Shown piece by piece: positions 36,849 through 47,069 of a stretch of DNA of 64,000 bases. Made by a program: the position numbers and the translations under genes. Numbering within the stretch: the first letter of the stretch is position 1; every line of letters begins with the position of its first letter. Source of the stretch: Bacteroidales bacterium. Lineage in GTDB: Bacteria > Bacteroidota > Bacteroidia > Bacteroidales > UBA932. The stretch is from positions 7,972-71,971 of the forward strand of contig JAFURF010000009.1 in assembly GCA_017471965.1 (NCBI GenBank), in the 5' to 3' direction. Below the pieces are notes generated by a model. That model made no database searches. It was not told the DNA's origin and worked only from the letters and a program-made list of their open reading frames with translations.

Positions 36849-38616
36849 TGCCGAGTATCGACATAGCCTTGCCGAGAACCTTGGCGATGGTTTCTACCAG
36901 CACAAGGCGGTATTCCAGAAGTGCCTGATTCTCTTCGCGGAGGATAGGAGTATCGTGGTAATACTGATTGAACTCCTTGGCAAGTTCGTAGGCATAATTG
37001 GCGATTACCGCAGGCGAATATGCCGCACCGGCCTCTGCCACCTTTGCAGGGAAAGTATTGAGTATCTTTATGATACGCACCTCCTTAGGAGACAGTTCCG
37101 ATTCCGGACGGACGGCCTGAGCGGAATGCGCAATCCCTCTCTCGTCAGCCTTGCGCAGGATAGACTTGATTCGCGCATGGGTATACTGGATGAAAGGACC
37201 GGTATTTCCGTTGAAATCGATCGACTCCTTAGGATCGAAGAGCATGGTCTTCTTAGGATCCACCTTGAGAATGAAATACTTCAGCGCACCAAGACTGATC
37301 ATACGGAAGAGGGCATCCTGTTCCTCCTCACTGAGGTTGTCTATCTTTCCGAGTTCGAGTGAAGTCTCCTTTGCAGTGTTGTACATCGCAGCAATGAGGT
37401 CATCGGCATCGACTACCGTACCCTCACGCGACTTCATCTTTCCTTCCGGAAGTTCCACCATTCCATAAGAAAGATGGTAGATGCTGTCAGCCCAATCGAA
37501 TCCGAGTTTGCCGAGGATGAGTTTCAGAACCTGGAAATGATAGTTCTGTTCGTTTCCGACAACATATATATGCTCGTCGAGACTGTACTCGGCAAAACGC
37601 TGTTCGGCAGTTCCGAGATCCTGGGTCATATATACGGAAGTACCGTCTCCACGAAGGAGAAGTTTCCTGTCAAGACCGTCTGCAGTGAGGTCGCACCATA
37701 CCGATCCGTCCTCCTGAGTCTCGAAGATACCGGCCTCAAGGCCCTTCTGCACGAGAGCCTTGCCGAAAAGGTAGGTCTGTGACTCATAATAAGTCCTGTC
37801 GAAACTGATTCCAAGGTCGTTGTATGTCTTGTAGAAGCCTTCGTATACCCAGCCGTTCATCGTCTTCCAGAGTTCCACGACTTCCGCATCGCCCTGTTCC
37901 CATTTGAAAAGCATCTCCTGGGCAGCCTTCAGGGATGGAGCGTTCCTTTCGGCATCCTCCTTTGACATTCCACCGGCAACGAGTCCGTCAACCTCCTTCT
38001 TGTAGAGGTTGTTGAATGCAACATAATAGTCACCTACGAGATGGTCACCCTTCTTCCCGCTCGACTGAGGAGTCTCGCCGTTACCAAGGACCTTCCACGC
38101 ATACATCGACTTGCAGATATGGATTCCGCGGTCATTCACGAGATTGACCTTCATGACATTATGGCCGCAGACTTCGAGAAGTTTTGCAACTGACCATCCG
38201 AGAAGGTTATTGCGGATATGTCCCAGATGAAGCGGCTTGTTGGTGTTCGGGGACGAATACTCTACCATGATGGTCCTGCCTGTAGGAGCAAGTTGTCCGA
38301 AATCCTCAGTTGAGGCAATCTCAGCAAATACTCCGTTCCAATACATCTCAGAGAAAGATATGTTGAGGAATCCCTTCACCGTATTGTATCCTGCAATTTC
38401 CGGAACGTTTGTCTTCATCCACTCGCCTATGGCATTTCCCGTGTTCTCCGGAGAACTCTTGGAAATCTTGAGGAGCGGGAAGACTACCAAAGTATAGTCC
38501 CCTTCGAACTCCTTACGTGTCACCTGGACCTGAAGTTGCGCCTCAGGCACTTCAACGCCGTAAAGCGCCTGAATTGCTTCAGACGCTTTCCTTATAATAA
38601 ATGATTCTGGTGTCAT
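36826..38616 (-). CDS. argS: Arginine--tRNA ligase
   Basis: EYSSPNTNKPLHLGH, KMKSREG, GNTGPFIQY, C-terminal PERM. Confidence 0.97.
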   Translation of the reverse strand: MTPESFIIRKASEAIQALYGVEVPEAQLQVQVTRKEFEGDYTLVVFPLLKISKSSPENTGNAIGEWMKTNVPEIAGYNTVKGFLNISFSEMYWNGVFAEIASTEDFGQLAPTGRTIMVEYSSPNTNKPLHLGHIRNNLLGWSVAKLLEVCGHNVMKVNLVNDRGIHICKSMYAWKVLGNGETPQSSGKKGDHLVGDYYVAFNNLYKKEVDGLVAGGMSKEDAERNAPSLKAAQEMLFKWEQGDAEVVELWKTMNGWVYEGFYKTYNDLGISFDRTYYESQTYLFGKALVQKGLEAGIFETQEDGSVWCDLTADGLDRKLLLRGDGTSVYMTQDLGTAEQRFAEYSLDEHIYVVGNEQNYHFQVLKLILGKLGFDWADSIYHLSYGMVELPEGKMKSREGTVVDADDLIAAMYNTAKETSLELGKIDNLSEEEQDALFRMISLGALKYFILKVDPKKTMLFDPKESIDFNGNTGPFIQYTHARIKSILRKADERGIAHSAQAVRPESELSPKEVRIIKILNTFPAKVAEAGAAYSPAVIANYAYELAKEFNQYYHDTPILREENQALLEYRLVLVETIAKVLGKAMSILGITLPERM

Positions 38617-39476
38617 TATCCTAAATAACTTTTCAAAAGTTTGCTTCTTGAGTTGTTCTTGAGTTTACGGATCGCCTTCTCCTTGATCTGACGCACACGC
38701 TCCCTGGTAAGGCCGAAACGCTCACCGATCTCTTCCAGTGTCATTTCCTGGCAGCCGATGCCGAAGAACGACTTGATGATCTCGCGCTCACGTGTGGCAA
38801 GGGTAGAAAGAGCACGCTCGATCTCCTTGTTGAGGGATTCGTTCACCAGACCGCGGTCTGCACTTGGAGAGTCGTTGTTCACGAGTACGTCAAGAAGACT
38901 GTTATCCTCACCCTCGACGAAAGGTGCATCCACAGACACATGGCGTCCTGAAACCCTGAGAGTATCGGCGATCTTGTCCTTAGGGACATCGATCATCTCC
39001 GAAAGTTCCTCACTTGAAGGCATGCGCTCGTTTTCCTGTTCGAACTTCGAGAGTGCCTTGTTTATCTTGTTCAGGGATCCTACCTGATTGAGCGGAAGCC
39101 TCACAATTCTCGACTGCTCTGCAAGTGCCTGAAGGATCGACTGACGGATCCACCACACTGCATATGAGATGAACTTGAAGCCTCTGGTCTCATCGAATTT
39201 CTCTGCCGCCTTTATCAGACCGAGGTTGCCCTCGTTGATGAGGTCAGGGAGACTTAGTCCCTGGTTCTGATACTGCTTGGCAACAGACACGACAAATCGA
39301 AGATTCGCTCTAGTCAATTTCTCCAATGCCGCCTGGTCTCCCTTACGGATACGCTGGGCAAGTTCCACTTCCTCCTCCACTGTGATGAGTTCCTCGCGAC
39401 CGATCTCCTGCAGATACTTGTCGAGTGAGGCGCTCTCACGGTTCGTAATCGATTTTGTAATCTTAAGTTGTCTCAT
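38616..39476 (-). CDS. rpoD: Primary sigma factor (short Bacteroidetes RpoD)
   Basis: [45 protein letters not shown]. Confidence 0.95.
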   Translation of the reverse strand: MRQLKITKSITNRESASLDKYLQEIGREELITVEEEVELAQRIRKGDQAALEKLTRANLRFVVSVAKQYQNQGLSLPDLINEGNLGLIKAAEKFDETRGFKFISYAVWWIRQSILQALAEQSRIVRLPLNQVGSLNKINKALSKFEQENERMPSSEELSEMIDVPKDKIADTLRVSGRHVSVDAPFVEGEDNSLLDVLVNNDSPSADRGLVNESLNKEIERALSTLATREREIIKSFFGIGCQEMTLEEIGERFGLTRERVRQIKEKAIRKLKNNSRSKLLKSYLG

Positions 39477-39503
39477 TACAATATATTGGTTTGTACTTTC
39501 TTC

Positions 39504-40940
39504 CTATACTCCGAAGCCGAAGTACCCGGTTCTTCCGGATGGAGTCACACCCTCGATGAATACCGTCCTCTTGGACTTCTTCACGATGTCTATGACATCC
39601 TGCGGAGTCTTTACCGGATGGTCGTTGACATAGAGGATGATGAATCCTTCTGTCGCACCGGCCTCCTGCATCTTGCCAGGCCCCATCTCGACGATCTCCA
39701 CTCCGCTCTTCAGGCCGTATCTTGACAAGGTTTCCTCAGAAGCCTCACGGATAGACGCGCCGTAGAACGCTACCGTACCGTCATCTGCAACAGTGCCGTT
39801 CTCCTGAGACGTTCCCTTGAACGTAACCTCGAACTGCTTCTCCTTTCCATCCCTTATCACAGTCACGACCGCCTTGTCTCCTGGAGAGAATCTGCTGACC
39901 GTCTCCTGAACGGATGCAGGTGTAGTGATCTTGGTGGAATCTATTGCGACAAGCACGTCTCCGGCCTTGATTCCGGCCTGATCCGCAGCGCCGCTTTTTG
40001 AAACCTCGTTAATATATACGCCGTTTCTTGAAGAAAGTTTCAAATCCTCTGCAATTTTGTCATCAATCGGCTGCATCACAATACCGAGCACCGCCCTCTT
40101 CACGCTTCCGAAATCCATCAGGTCATATGCAATCTTCTTCACTATATTTGAAGGGACAGCAAACGAATATCCGGTATAAGATCCGGTCTGCGATATGATG
40201 GCAGTATTGATACCGACAAGATTGCCGGCCTTGTCTACGAGCGCACCGCCGCTGTTGCCAGGATTGACCGCAGCATCAGTCTGTATGAACGACTCGATCT
40301 TGAACTCTCCTGAATAGTTAGGCATCGAACGTCCCTTTGCACTTACGATGCCGGCAGTGATCGTAGACCTCAGGTCGTACGGCGAACCGATGGCGATCAC
40401 CCATTCCCCGAGACGGAGTTTGTCCGAATCCCCGAAAGGAATCATAGGAAGACCTGACGCATCGATCTTAAGAAGAGCCACATCAGTAGCAGGATCAGTC
40501 CCGACAAGAGTTGCAGGATAAGTCTGGTTCGTATTGAGCGTCACCTCTATCTTGGTAGCACCGTCTATGACATGATTGTTTGTAACGATATAGCCGTCTT
40601 CACGGATGATGACTCCAGAGCCGCTGCCGACCTTTTCCCGCTGTTGAGGAGCACCGTTCTGAGGATATCCGAAAAAGAAGTCGAAGATCGAACTCGGAGC
40701 CTGCTGGCTTGCCTGTGTGGATGTGACCTTTACATAAACCACAGCATCAACAGCAGATTCTGCAGCATATGTAAAGTCCGGCCAGTTGTCCTGTGCCAGA
40801 CTGACAGTCCTGAACTGCGCTGCACCTGCAGAAGATTCAACAAGCACAACGTCATCATTTGTCATCGTCTTCACGACAGCATAAGAAGTCAGCCCTCCGA
40901 CCATAGCGGACAGCAAGGCTATCAAAATTCCTTTTTTCAT
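39504..40940 (-). CDS. degP: DegP/Do family serine protease with PDZ domains
   Basis: GSGSGVI, TNNHV, DVALL, QTDAAVNPGNSGG. Confidence 0.9.
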   Translation of the reverse strand: MKKGILIALLSAMVGGLTSYAVVKTMTNDDVVLVESSAGAAQFRTVSLAQDNWPDFTYAAESAVDAVVYVKVTSTQASQQAPSSIFDFFFGYPQNGAPQQREKVGSGSGVIIREDGYIVTNNHVIDGATKIEVTLNTNQTYPATLVGTDPATDVALLKIDASGLPMIPFGDSDKLRLGEWVIAIGSPYDLRSTITAGIVSAKGRSMPNYSGEFKIESFIQTDAAVNPGNSGGALVDKAGNLVGINTAIISQTGSYTGYSFAVPSNIVKKIAYDLMDFGSVKRAVLGIVMQPIDDKIAEDLKLSSRNGVYINEVSKSGAADQAGIKAGDVLVAIDSTKITTPASVQETVSRFSPGDKAVVTVIRDGKEKQFEVTFKGTSQENGTVADDGTVAFYGASIREASEETLSRYGLKSGVEIVEMGPGKMQEAGATEGFIILYVNDHPVKTPQDVIDIVKKSKRTVFIEGVTPSGRTGYFGFGV

Positions 40941-41101
40941 ATATACCTTATCTTTGTTAATTGTTTCAAGTGTACTGTCCGACAGACATTTTGTCACATT
41001 TGCGGACCGGGGGATAATTTTTCAAAAAATATGCCATCACCATTGGAAAATAATTCTTATATTTGTTGACTGATATTGAATATATTAAAAAACGCTATAT
41101 T

Positions 41102-42223
41102 ATGAAACTCATCATTTCTAGTTCAGAGTTGCTGAAAGGTGTAATGGCCGTAGCAAAGGCCATACCTGCAAAGTCCCCTCTGCCGATTCTCGAGAACTTC
41201 CTTTTCGACCTCAAGGGAAACACATTGGAGATCACTGCTTCAGACTCGGAACTGACACTAAGGACCAGAATCGAAGTTGAAAGCACTGCAGAAGAAGGAA
41301 GGATAGCCGTACCGGCAAAACATGTGATGGATCTTCTCAAGGAACTTCCTGACCAGCCTCTGACCATAAATACGACAAGCGACAGTTCATTCGTATGCAG
41401 TTGGGCAAGCGGAGAATCCACTCTTCCTTACTTCCCTGCCGAAGACTACCCAGAAATAACAGGAACAGACGACACTGCAGTGACACTCCAGTTCCCTGCA
41501 CAGAGTCTTACTGACGCCATATCAAGCACCATATATGCCACAGCAGACGACGAAATACGTCCGGCAATGAACGGTATCCTCTTCGATATCGACCTTGCAT
41601 CGACGACTCTCGTCGCATCCGACTCACACAAACTGATCTGCTACACGACAGCAGACGTGAAGGCTTCGGAAAAGGCGTCATTCATCCTGCACAAGAAACC
41701 TGCAGCCATCCTCAAGGCCATCATCGGAAAGGATGTGGAAACGGTGGACATCGCATTCGACTCCAAGAACGCCACTTTCCAGTTCGGATCGACAATGGTG
41801 ATCTGCCGTCTTGTCGTAGGCAAATATCCGAAATACCGCGACGTCATCCCTCAGAACAATTCTAACATCCTCAGGATAAACCGCGCACAGCTCCTCAATA
41901 CAGTGCGCCGAGTGTCAGTATGCTCGAACAAGGCTTCGAACCACATAAAGTTCGACCTCAAGAGCGGTTCACTCATGGTATCTGCGCAGGATCTCGGCTT
42001 CTCCATCGCGGCACATGAGACAATGGAATGCCAGTACGACGGTGACGACCTTACAATCGGATTCAAGTCTCCTTTCATCATAGAGATACTTTCCAACATG
42101 GCATGCGGTGAGATCGTGATGAAGTTCCTCGACAGCAAGAGGGCGGCTCTGATTGTCCCTGCGGAAGATGAGGAGGAAAGCGACAAGATCTGCGGAATCA
42201 TCATGCCTATCATGATAAGTTAA
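41102..42223 (+). CDS. dnaN: DNA polymerase III beta clamp
   Basis: LPILENFLF, RPAMNGI, VASDSHKL, GKYPKY, IIMPI. Confidence 0.95.
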   Translation: MKLIISSSELLKGVMAVAKAIPAKSPLPILENFLFDLKGNTLEITASDSELTLRTRIEVESTAEEGRIAVPAKHVMDLLKELPDQPLTINTTSDSSFVCSWASGESTLPYFPAEDYPEITGTDDTAVTLQFPAQSLTDAISSTIYATADDEIRPAMNGILFDIDLASTTLVASDSHKLICYTTADVKASEKASFILHKKPAAILKAIIGKDVETVDIAFDSKNATFQFGSTMVICRLVVGKYPKYRDVIPQNNSNILRINRAQLLNTVRRVSVCSNKASNHIKFDLKSGSLMVSAQDLGFSIAAHETMECQYDGDDLTIGFKSPFIIEILSNMACGEIVMKFLDSKRAALIVPAEDEEESDKICGIIMPIMIS

Positions 42224-42226
42224 GAC

Positions 42227-43150
42227 ATGGAACTCAATCTCGAAAGACCATTATTGTTTTTTGACATAGAAAGCACAGGGCTCAATATCGCGTCAGACTC
42301 GATCATTGAGCTCTGCTTTGTCAAGATAATGCCAGGAAACGAACAAAGGGTAAAGACCTGGCGTGTAAAACCTTGGGACTATGAGCGCAACTGCCAGAGA
42401 CCCATCAACCCATCGGCCCAGGCCGTTCATGGCATTTCTGCAGAAGACCTTGCTGAATGCAGGACATTCTATGAAATAGCCGATGAAGTTGTGGAATGGA
42501 TGGCCGGATGCGACCTGGCAGGGTTCAATTCAGCCAAATTCGACCTTCCCCTCCTGGCGGAAGAAATCGAGCGTGTACGCAGATGGAAGCAGAGGGAACT
42601 GCCGATAGACCTCCACCAGATGAAGATGGTGGACGTACAGAACATCTTCCACGCCATGGAGCCACGCACCTTGAAGGCGGCATATATGTTCTACTGCGGA
42701 AAGGACCTCGAGAATGCTCATGCCGCAGAGGCTGACACTCTTGCCACATATGAAGTCCTCAAAGGACAGTTGGACAGATATGAAGGAGATCCGCGCATAG
42801 AGAACAACGTTGACAGACTTGCAAGGTTCTCGACCAAGCAGAGGACAGTCGACTATGCCGGCAGACTCATTCTGAACGACAAGGACGAGCCGGTGGTAAG
42901 TTTCGGAAAGCACAAGGGAAAGACCGCCCGCGAAGTATATTTTTCCGAACCTTCATATTTTGCATGGATAGACAACGGAGACTTCACATTGGACACCAAA
43001 CGTCAGTTTGCCCTTCTCAAGGCTCAATATGAGGCAGAAAAGAAGGCTGCCATGCCGCAGAGAAAGCCTGCGACATATGCACCCAGGACAAAAGGCTACA
43101 CTCCGTTTGAGGGACTTGGGGACCTTTTCTCACAGGATAACGAACAGTAA
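42227..43150 (+). CDS. DEDDh 3'-5' exonuclease (DnaQ-like)
   Basis: FDIESTG, GFNSAKFD, HAAEAD, FGKHKG; follows dnaN. Confidence 0.9.
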   Translation: MELNLERPLLFFDIESTGLNIASDSIIELCFVKIMPGNEQRVKTWRVKPWDYERNCQRPINPSAQAVHGISAEDLAECRTFYEIADEVVEWMAGCDLAGFNSAKFDLPLLAEEIERVRRWKQRELPIDLHQMKMVDVQNIFHAMEPRTLKAAYMFYCGKDLENAHAAEADTLATYEVLKGQLDRYEGDPRIENNVDRLARFSTKQRTVDYAGRLILNDKDEPVVSFGKHKGKTAREVYFSEPSYFAWIDNGDFTLDTKRQFALLKAQYEAEKKAAMPQRKPATYAPRTKGYTPFEGLGDLFSQDNEQ

Positions 43151-43710
43151 TGAACATCATAGCAAGACCTTACGGCAGCGACAGATGCTATTGCCGTCCT
43201 GATACCACCCTCCAGAAGGAGAACAGAGACCTGTACTGCCCTGAAAGTGTGGAGAGCATATCATGGGCCCCTGTCATCTTTGCAAGAATCTCAAAGGCAG
43301 GCAGATATGTAGGCGAGAAGTTCGCGTCAAGATATTATGACGGGCTCAACTTCGGCACCCTCCTCTACTTCCATGACTCATGTCATTCCGACCTGGCATT
43401 CACATCATGCGCAGACCACACTTCAATCCTTCCTTTTCCTCTTTACAATCCTGTAGTGATGGAAAACGGAAAGAATTCATTTGTGATAAGGAAAGACGGC
43501 GAGATTCTGTATACTTGTCAGGCAGAGGGAGTAAAGGCTATCGAAGAGGCAATCATACGGGCATCACAGACGACATCATTCCGTATCGGAGACCTGATTG
43601 CTGTGGAACTGACTCCATCAAGAGTCCTTGCCGCACGTAAAGACGGTGACATCAAGATGGAGGGCATCTTCTGTGAAAACGACATCTTCGCCTTCAGGAT
43701 CATTTTCTGA
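43150..43710 (+). CDS. Hypothetical protein, possibly degenerate fumarylacetoacetate-hydrolase-like fold
   Basis: RPDTT, RISKAGRYVGEKFASRYYD, FRIGDLI. Confidence 0.6.
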   Translation: MNIIARPYGSDRCYCRPDTTLQKENRDLYCPESVESISWAPVIFARISKAGRYVGEKFASRYYDGLNFGTLLYFHDSCHSDLAFTSCADHTSILPFPLYNPVVMENGKNSFVIRKDGEILYTCQAEGVKAIEEAIIRASQTTSFRIGDLIAVELTPSRVLAARKDGDIKMEGIFCENDIFAFRIIF

Positions 43711-43715
43711 CACTC

Positions 43716-44789
43716 TTATTCAAGAGGAAAGAAGTAATGAAGACTCTCTGACGTCGCATCGGATTCTCCGAAAATCGTCACCAGATCCGACAATATAAGG
43801 TCCGGACGCATGACACCGGATTCCCAGAAGTCATTACCACCCTCGGGCGTCGTCCTGAGGGTGTTGTTATATACAGGCAGTCCCTTGGCCAATGGTCCGA
43901 AAGACGGAAACAACTGATGGACAGACGCCAGTTCTGCACGCGAGCGGCAATGTCCCGGATTGAGCCATATGTCAGCATCTTCAGAAAGGCGGTAGGCCTG
44001 TTCGGTTGAAATTACGCTCGAACGACTGCTGCCGGCAACGCTGCCAAGCACTTCCCCACCCGCATCACTTATCAGCCTTGACATATAATTGTCCTGACCG
44101 GGAACATACCAGGCATCACCGTATGGTATATTCAGCAGGACCTTCTTTCGGGGCAGATCCGTACCTACATTCCTGCTGAGTGCCTCATAACTGTCCCGTA
44201 CCTCATCGAATACCGATTCTGCCTTATCCGTTCTTCCTGTCAAGACTCCGAACAGTTTCACATACTCGGCACGGGCCAGAGGATGCTCTTCCAGATGGTC
44301 GTGCAGAACAAGTACAGAACCCCCTAGCGACCTCAGTTTCGCAACATACTGAGGTTCCGCTCCCGAAACGGTATATGTCACAAGCATATCAGGATCAAGA
44401 GAAAGTACGGTCTCATATGCAAGAGAGTTTTCGTAACCGACATCATATAAAGGACGTCCGCACATACCATCAAAACGATCCCGCAAGTTCCGGTTGGTCA
44501 GATATCTTATCCCCGACACAGCAGAAATGAGAGAATCAGCATCTATGGCGGACAAAGCCGCCACATGAGACGAAGACATGCATATGATGTTGTCCATCGG
44601 AACGTCGAAGCGCAATGTATCCCTATGACCGTCAAATGGTGATACGGTGACCACGGTAGCAGAATCGGGAACATCAAAATATCTCGCATACTCACAAGAT
44701 GATCCGTAATCTTCCCCCGATGGCCCGCTACAGCCTGAGATCATTCCTGCAGCAAGAACAAGAAATATGATATACTGACACACCCTCAT
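43716..44789 (-). CDS. ABC transporter substrate-binding lipoprotein (BtuF/iron-chelate type)
   Basis: Lipobox ISGC, EEHPLARAEYVK, WYVPG, GNDFWESGVMRPDLIL. Confidence 0.85.
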   Translation of the reverse strand: MRVCQYIIFLVLAAGMISGCSGPSGEDYGSSCEYARYFDVPDSATVVTVSPFDGHRDTLRFDVPMDNIICMSSSHVAALSAIDADSLISAVSGIRYLTNRNLRDRFDGMCGRPLYDVGYENSLAYETVLSLDPDMLVTYTVSGAEPQYVAKLRSLGGSVLVLHDHLEEHPLARAEYVKLFGVLTGRTDKAESVFDEVRDSYEALSRNVGTDLPRKKVLLNIPYGDAWYVPGQDNYMSRLISDAGGEVLGSVAGSSRSSVISTEQAYRLSEDADIWLNPGHCRSRAELASVHQLFPSFGPLAKGLPVYNNTLRTTPEGGNDFWESGVMRPDLILSDLVTIFGESDATSESLHYFFPLE

Positions 44790-44871
44790 TTCAAAAATTT
44801 TTGCAAATATATGAAATATTGGCACTCGATTTGGATTGGCCGCGGAAAACGAACTTTCAAAACACTTCCCC

Positions 44872-46374
44872 ATGAACAAGAAGAAGAATCCGCGGACACT
44901 CACAGCGGAAAACGGCAGGCCCATCGCCGACAATCAGAATGTGCAGACTGCAGGTCATCCCGGACCTGTCACCATGCAGGACCCATGGTTCATCGAAAAA
45001 CTCGCCCACTTCGACAGAGAAGTCATTCCTGAACGACGCATGCACGCCAAAGGAGCAGGCGCATACGGAACCTTCACCGTCACACATGACATCATACAGT
45101 ACACCCGTGCATCGATCTTTTCAAAAATCGGAAAGAAGACCGAGTGCTTCGTCAGATTCTCCACCGTAGCGGGTGAAAGAGGTGCCGCAGATGCAGAAAG
45201 GGATATCAGAGGCTTCGCCATGAAATTCTACACAGACACAGGAAACTGGGACCTTGTCGGCAACAACACCCCTGTATTTTTCCTCAGGGACCCGCTTAAG
45301 TTCCCGGACCTGAACCATGCCATCAAGCGTGATCCGCGAACAGGAATGAGAAGCGCTACCAACAACTGGGACTTCTGGACTCTTCTTCCAGAGGCACTCC
45401 ACCAGATCACCATCACCATGAGTCCGCGAGGCATTCCTTATTCCTACAGGCACATGCACGGATTCGGAAGCCACACCTACAGTTTCATCAACGCCAGAAA
45501 TGAAAGGATATGGGTCAAGTTCCACCTGCAGACTCTCCAGGGGATCCGCAACATGACTGACGAAGAGGCAGAGAGAGTCATCTCCAAAGACCGTGACTCG
45601 CACCAGAGAGACCTATACAATGCCATTGAAAGAGGCGATTTCCCAAGGTGGAAACTCCAGATACAACTGATGACCGAAGAAGAGGCCAAATCATACCATA
45701 TCAATCCGTTCGACCTGACCAAAGTATGGTATCACAAGGACTTCCCTCTTCAGGACGTCGGAATTCTTGAACTGAACCGCAACCCGGATAACTTCTTTGC
45801 GGAAACAGAGCAGGCAGCATTCAATCCGATGAACATCATAGACGGAATAGGATTCTCTCCAGACAAGATGCTCCAGGGACGCCTGTTCTCATACGGCGAC
45901 GCGCAGAGATACCGCCTCGGAGTCAACCACAACCTTATTCCTGTAAACCGTCCGAGATGTCCGTTCCACTCATACCATCGCGACGGTCAGATGCGTACGG
46001 ACGGCAATGCAGGAAGCACCATCTCATATGAACCTAACAGTTTCGGAGAATGGCGCGACTCTCCGCATCTGAAGGAACCGCCGCTTGACGGAGGACCGGC
46101 ATACAACTACAACGAAAGGGAATATGACAGCGATTACTACACACAGCCAGGGAAATTATGGCGTCTGATGTCACGGGAAGACAAAAAAGCAACATGTCAG
46201 AATACGGCACGTGCCATGGGAGACTGTCTCCTGTTCATTAAGGAAAGGCATGTACGCAACTGCTTCATGGCCGATCCGGAATATGGCGCAGGAGTGGCAG
46301 ATGCTTTGGGAATCTCCCTGGACAATGCATTATTATCGGCAGATCCTGCTGATACTCACGAATTTTATTATTAG
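44872..46374 (+). CDS. katA: Monofunctional heme catalase
   Basis: [31 protein letters not shown]. Confidence 0.95.
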   Translation: MNKKKNPRTLTAENGRPIADNQNVQTAGHPGPVTMQDPWFIEKLAHFDREVIPERRMHAKGAGAYGTFTVTHDIIQYTRASIFSKIGKKTECFVRFSTVAGERGAADAERDIRGFAMKFYTDTGNWDLVGNNTPVFFLRDPLKFPDLNHAIKRDPRTGMRSATNNWDFWTLLPEALHQITITMSPRGIPYSYRHMHGFGSHTYSFINARNERIWVKFHLQTLQGIRNMTDEEAERVISKDRDSHQRDLYNAIERGDFPRWKLQIQLMTEEEAKSYHINPFDLTKVWYHKDFPLQDVGILELNRNPDNFFAETEQAAFNPMNIIDGIGFSPDKMLQGRLFSYGDAQRYRLGVNHNLIPVNRPRCPFHSYHRDGQMRTDGNAGSTISYEPNSFGEWRDSPHLKEPPLDGGPAYNYNEREYDSDYYTQPGKLWRLMSREDKKATCQNTARAMGDCLLFIKERHVRNCFMADPEYGAGVADALGISLDNALLSADPADTHEFYY

Positions 46375-46401
46375 TTTTGCAACAGATAAACATTACGGAC
46401 C

Positions 46402-46869
46402 ATGAAAAATACCATCAGACTGACAGCAGTTACCCTGCTCTCCATCATCTGCCTGGCAGCATGCGGCAATGCAGGAGCCAAAGTAAAGAAAGAGAAAGAA
46501 GATACCGCCAGGAATGTAGTTGTTCTGGATTCGGAACAATTCCAGACAAAGGTATACAACCTTGCAGACAAAAACCTCAAATATCTCGGTGACAAGCCTG
46601 CCATCGTTGACTTCTACGCCACATGGTGCGGACCATGTCAGAGGATAAGCCCGATTCTCGAAGAACTCGCTGGAGAATACAAAGATCAGATTGTCGTATA
46701 CAAGATAGACGTAGACAAGGCCGGAGATGTGGCCAAGACCTTTGGAATTTCATCTATTCCGGCCATCCTCTACATACCTGCAGACGGCTCTGAACCTCAG
46801 ATGACAATAGGCTCCCGCGACAAGGCCACCTTCAGGAAAGAGATAGACACCATCCTGTTGGGGAAATAA
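46402..46869 (+). CDS. Thioredoxin-like lipoprotein
   Basis: Lipobox LAAC, DFYATWCGPC, SIP. Confidence 0.9.
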   Translation: MKNTIRLTAVTLLSIICLAACGNAGAKVKKEKEDTARNVVVLDSEQFQTKVYNLADKNLKYLGDKPAIVDFYATWCGPCQRISPILEELAGEYKDQIVVYKIDVDKAGDVAKTFGISSIPAILYIPADGSEPQMTIGSRDKATFRKEIDTILLGK

Positions 46870-46897
46870 AAAAAAGACCGGTGACGGTCTTTTTTTT
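46868..46897. terminator. Bidirectional terminator
   Basis: A8-GACCG-GTGA-CGGTC-T8. Confidence 0.85.
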
Positions 46898-46900
46898 GTG

Positions 46901-46973
46901 AGCCACCTATGGGATTCGAACCCACGACCTTCGCGTTACGAATGCGATGCTCTACCGACTAAGCTAAAGTGGC
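46901..46973 (-). tRNA. tRNA-Thr(CGT), CCA not encoded
   Basis: GCCACTTTAGCTTAGTCGGTAGAGCATCGCATTCGTAACGCGAAGGTCGTGGGTTCGAATCCCATAGGTGGCT folds as a cloverleaf with anticodon CGT. Confidence 0.95.
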
Positions 46974-47069
46974 AACGAAACTCCTTCATCACGTTTCTGA
47001 CAAAGGGACTGCAAATATAGAGAATTTTGGATAAATTTGCAGGGTTTTATTCAGAAAATGTAGGAAGAC

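Noticed and set aside
46880-46973. Integrative element at tRNA-Thr
   Set aside because: No duplicated tRNA 3' end noticed and no integrase adjacent
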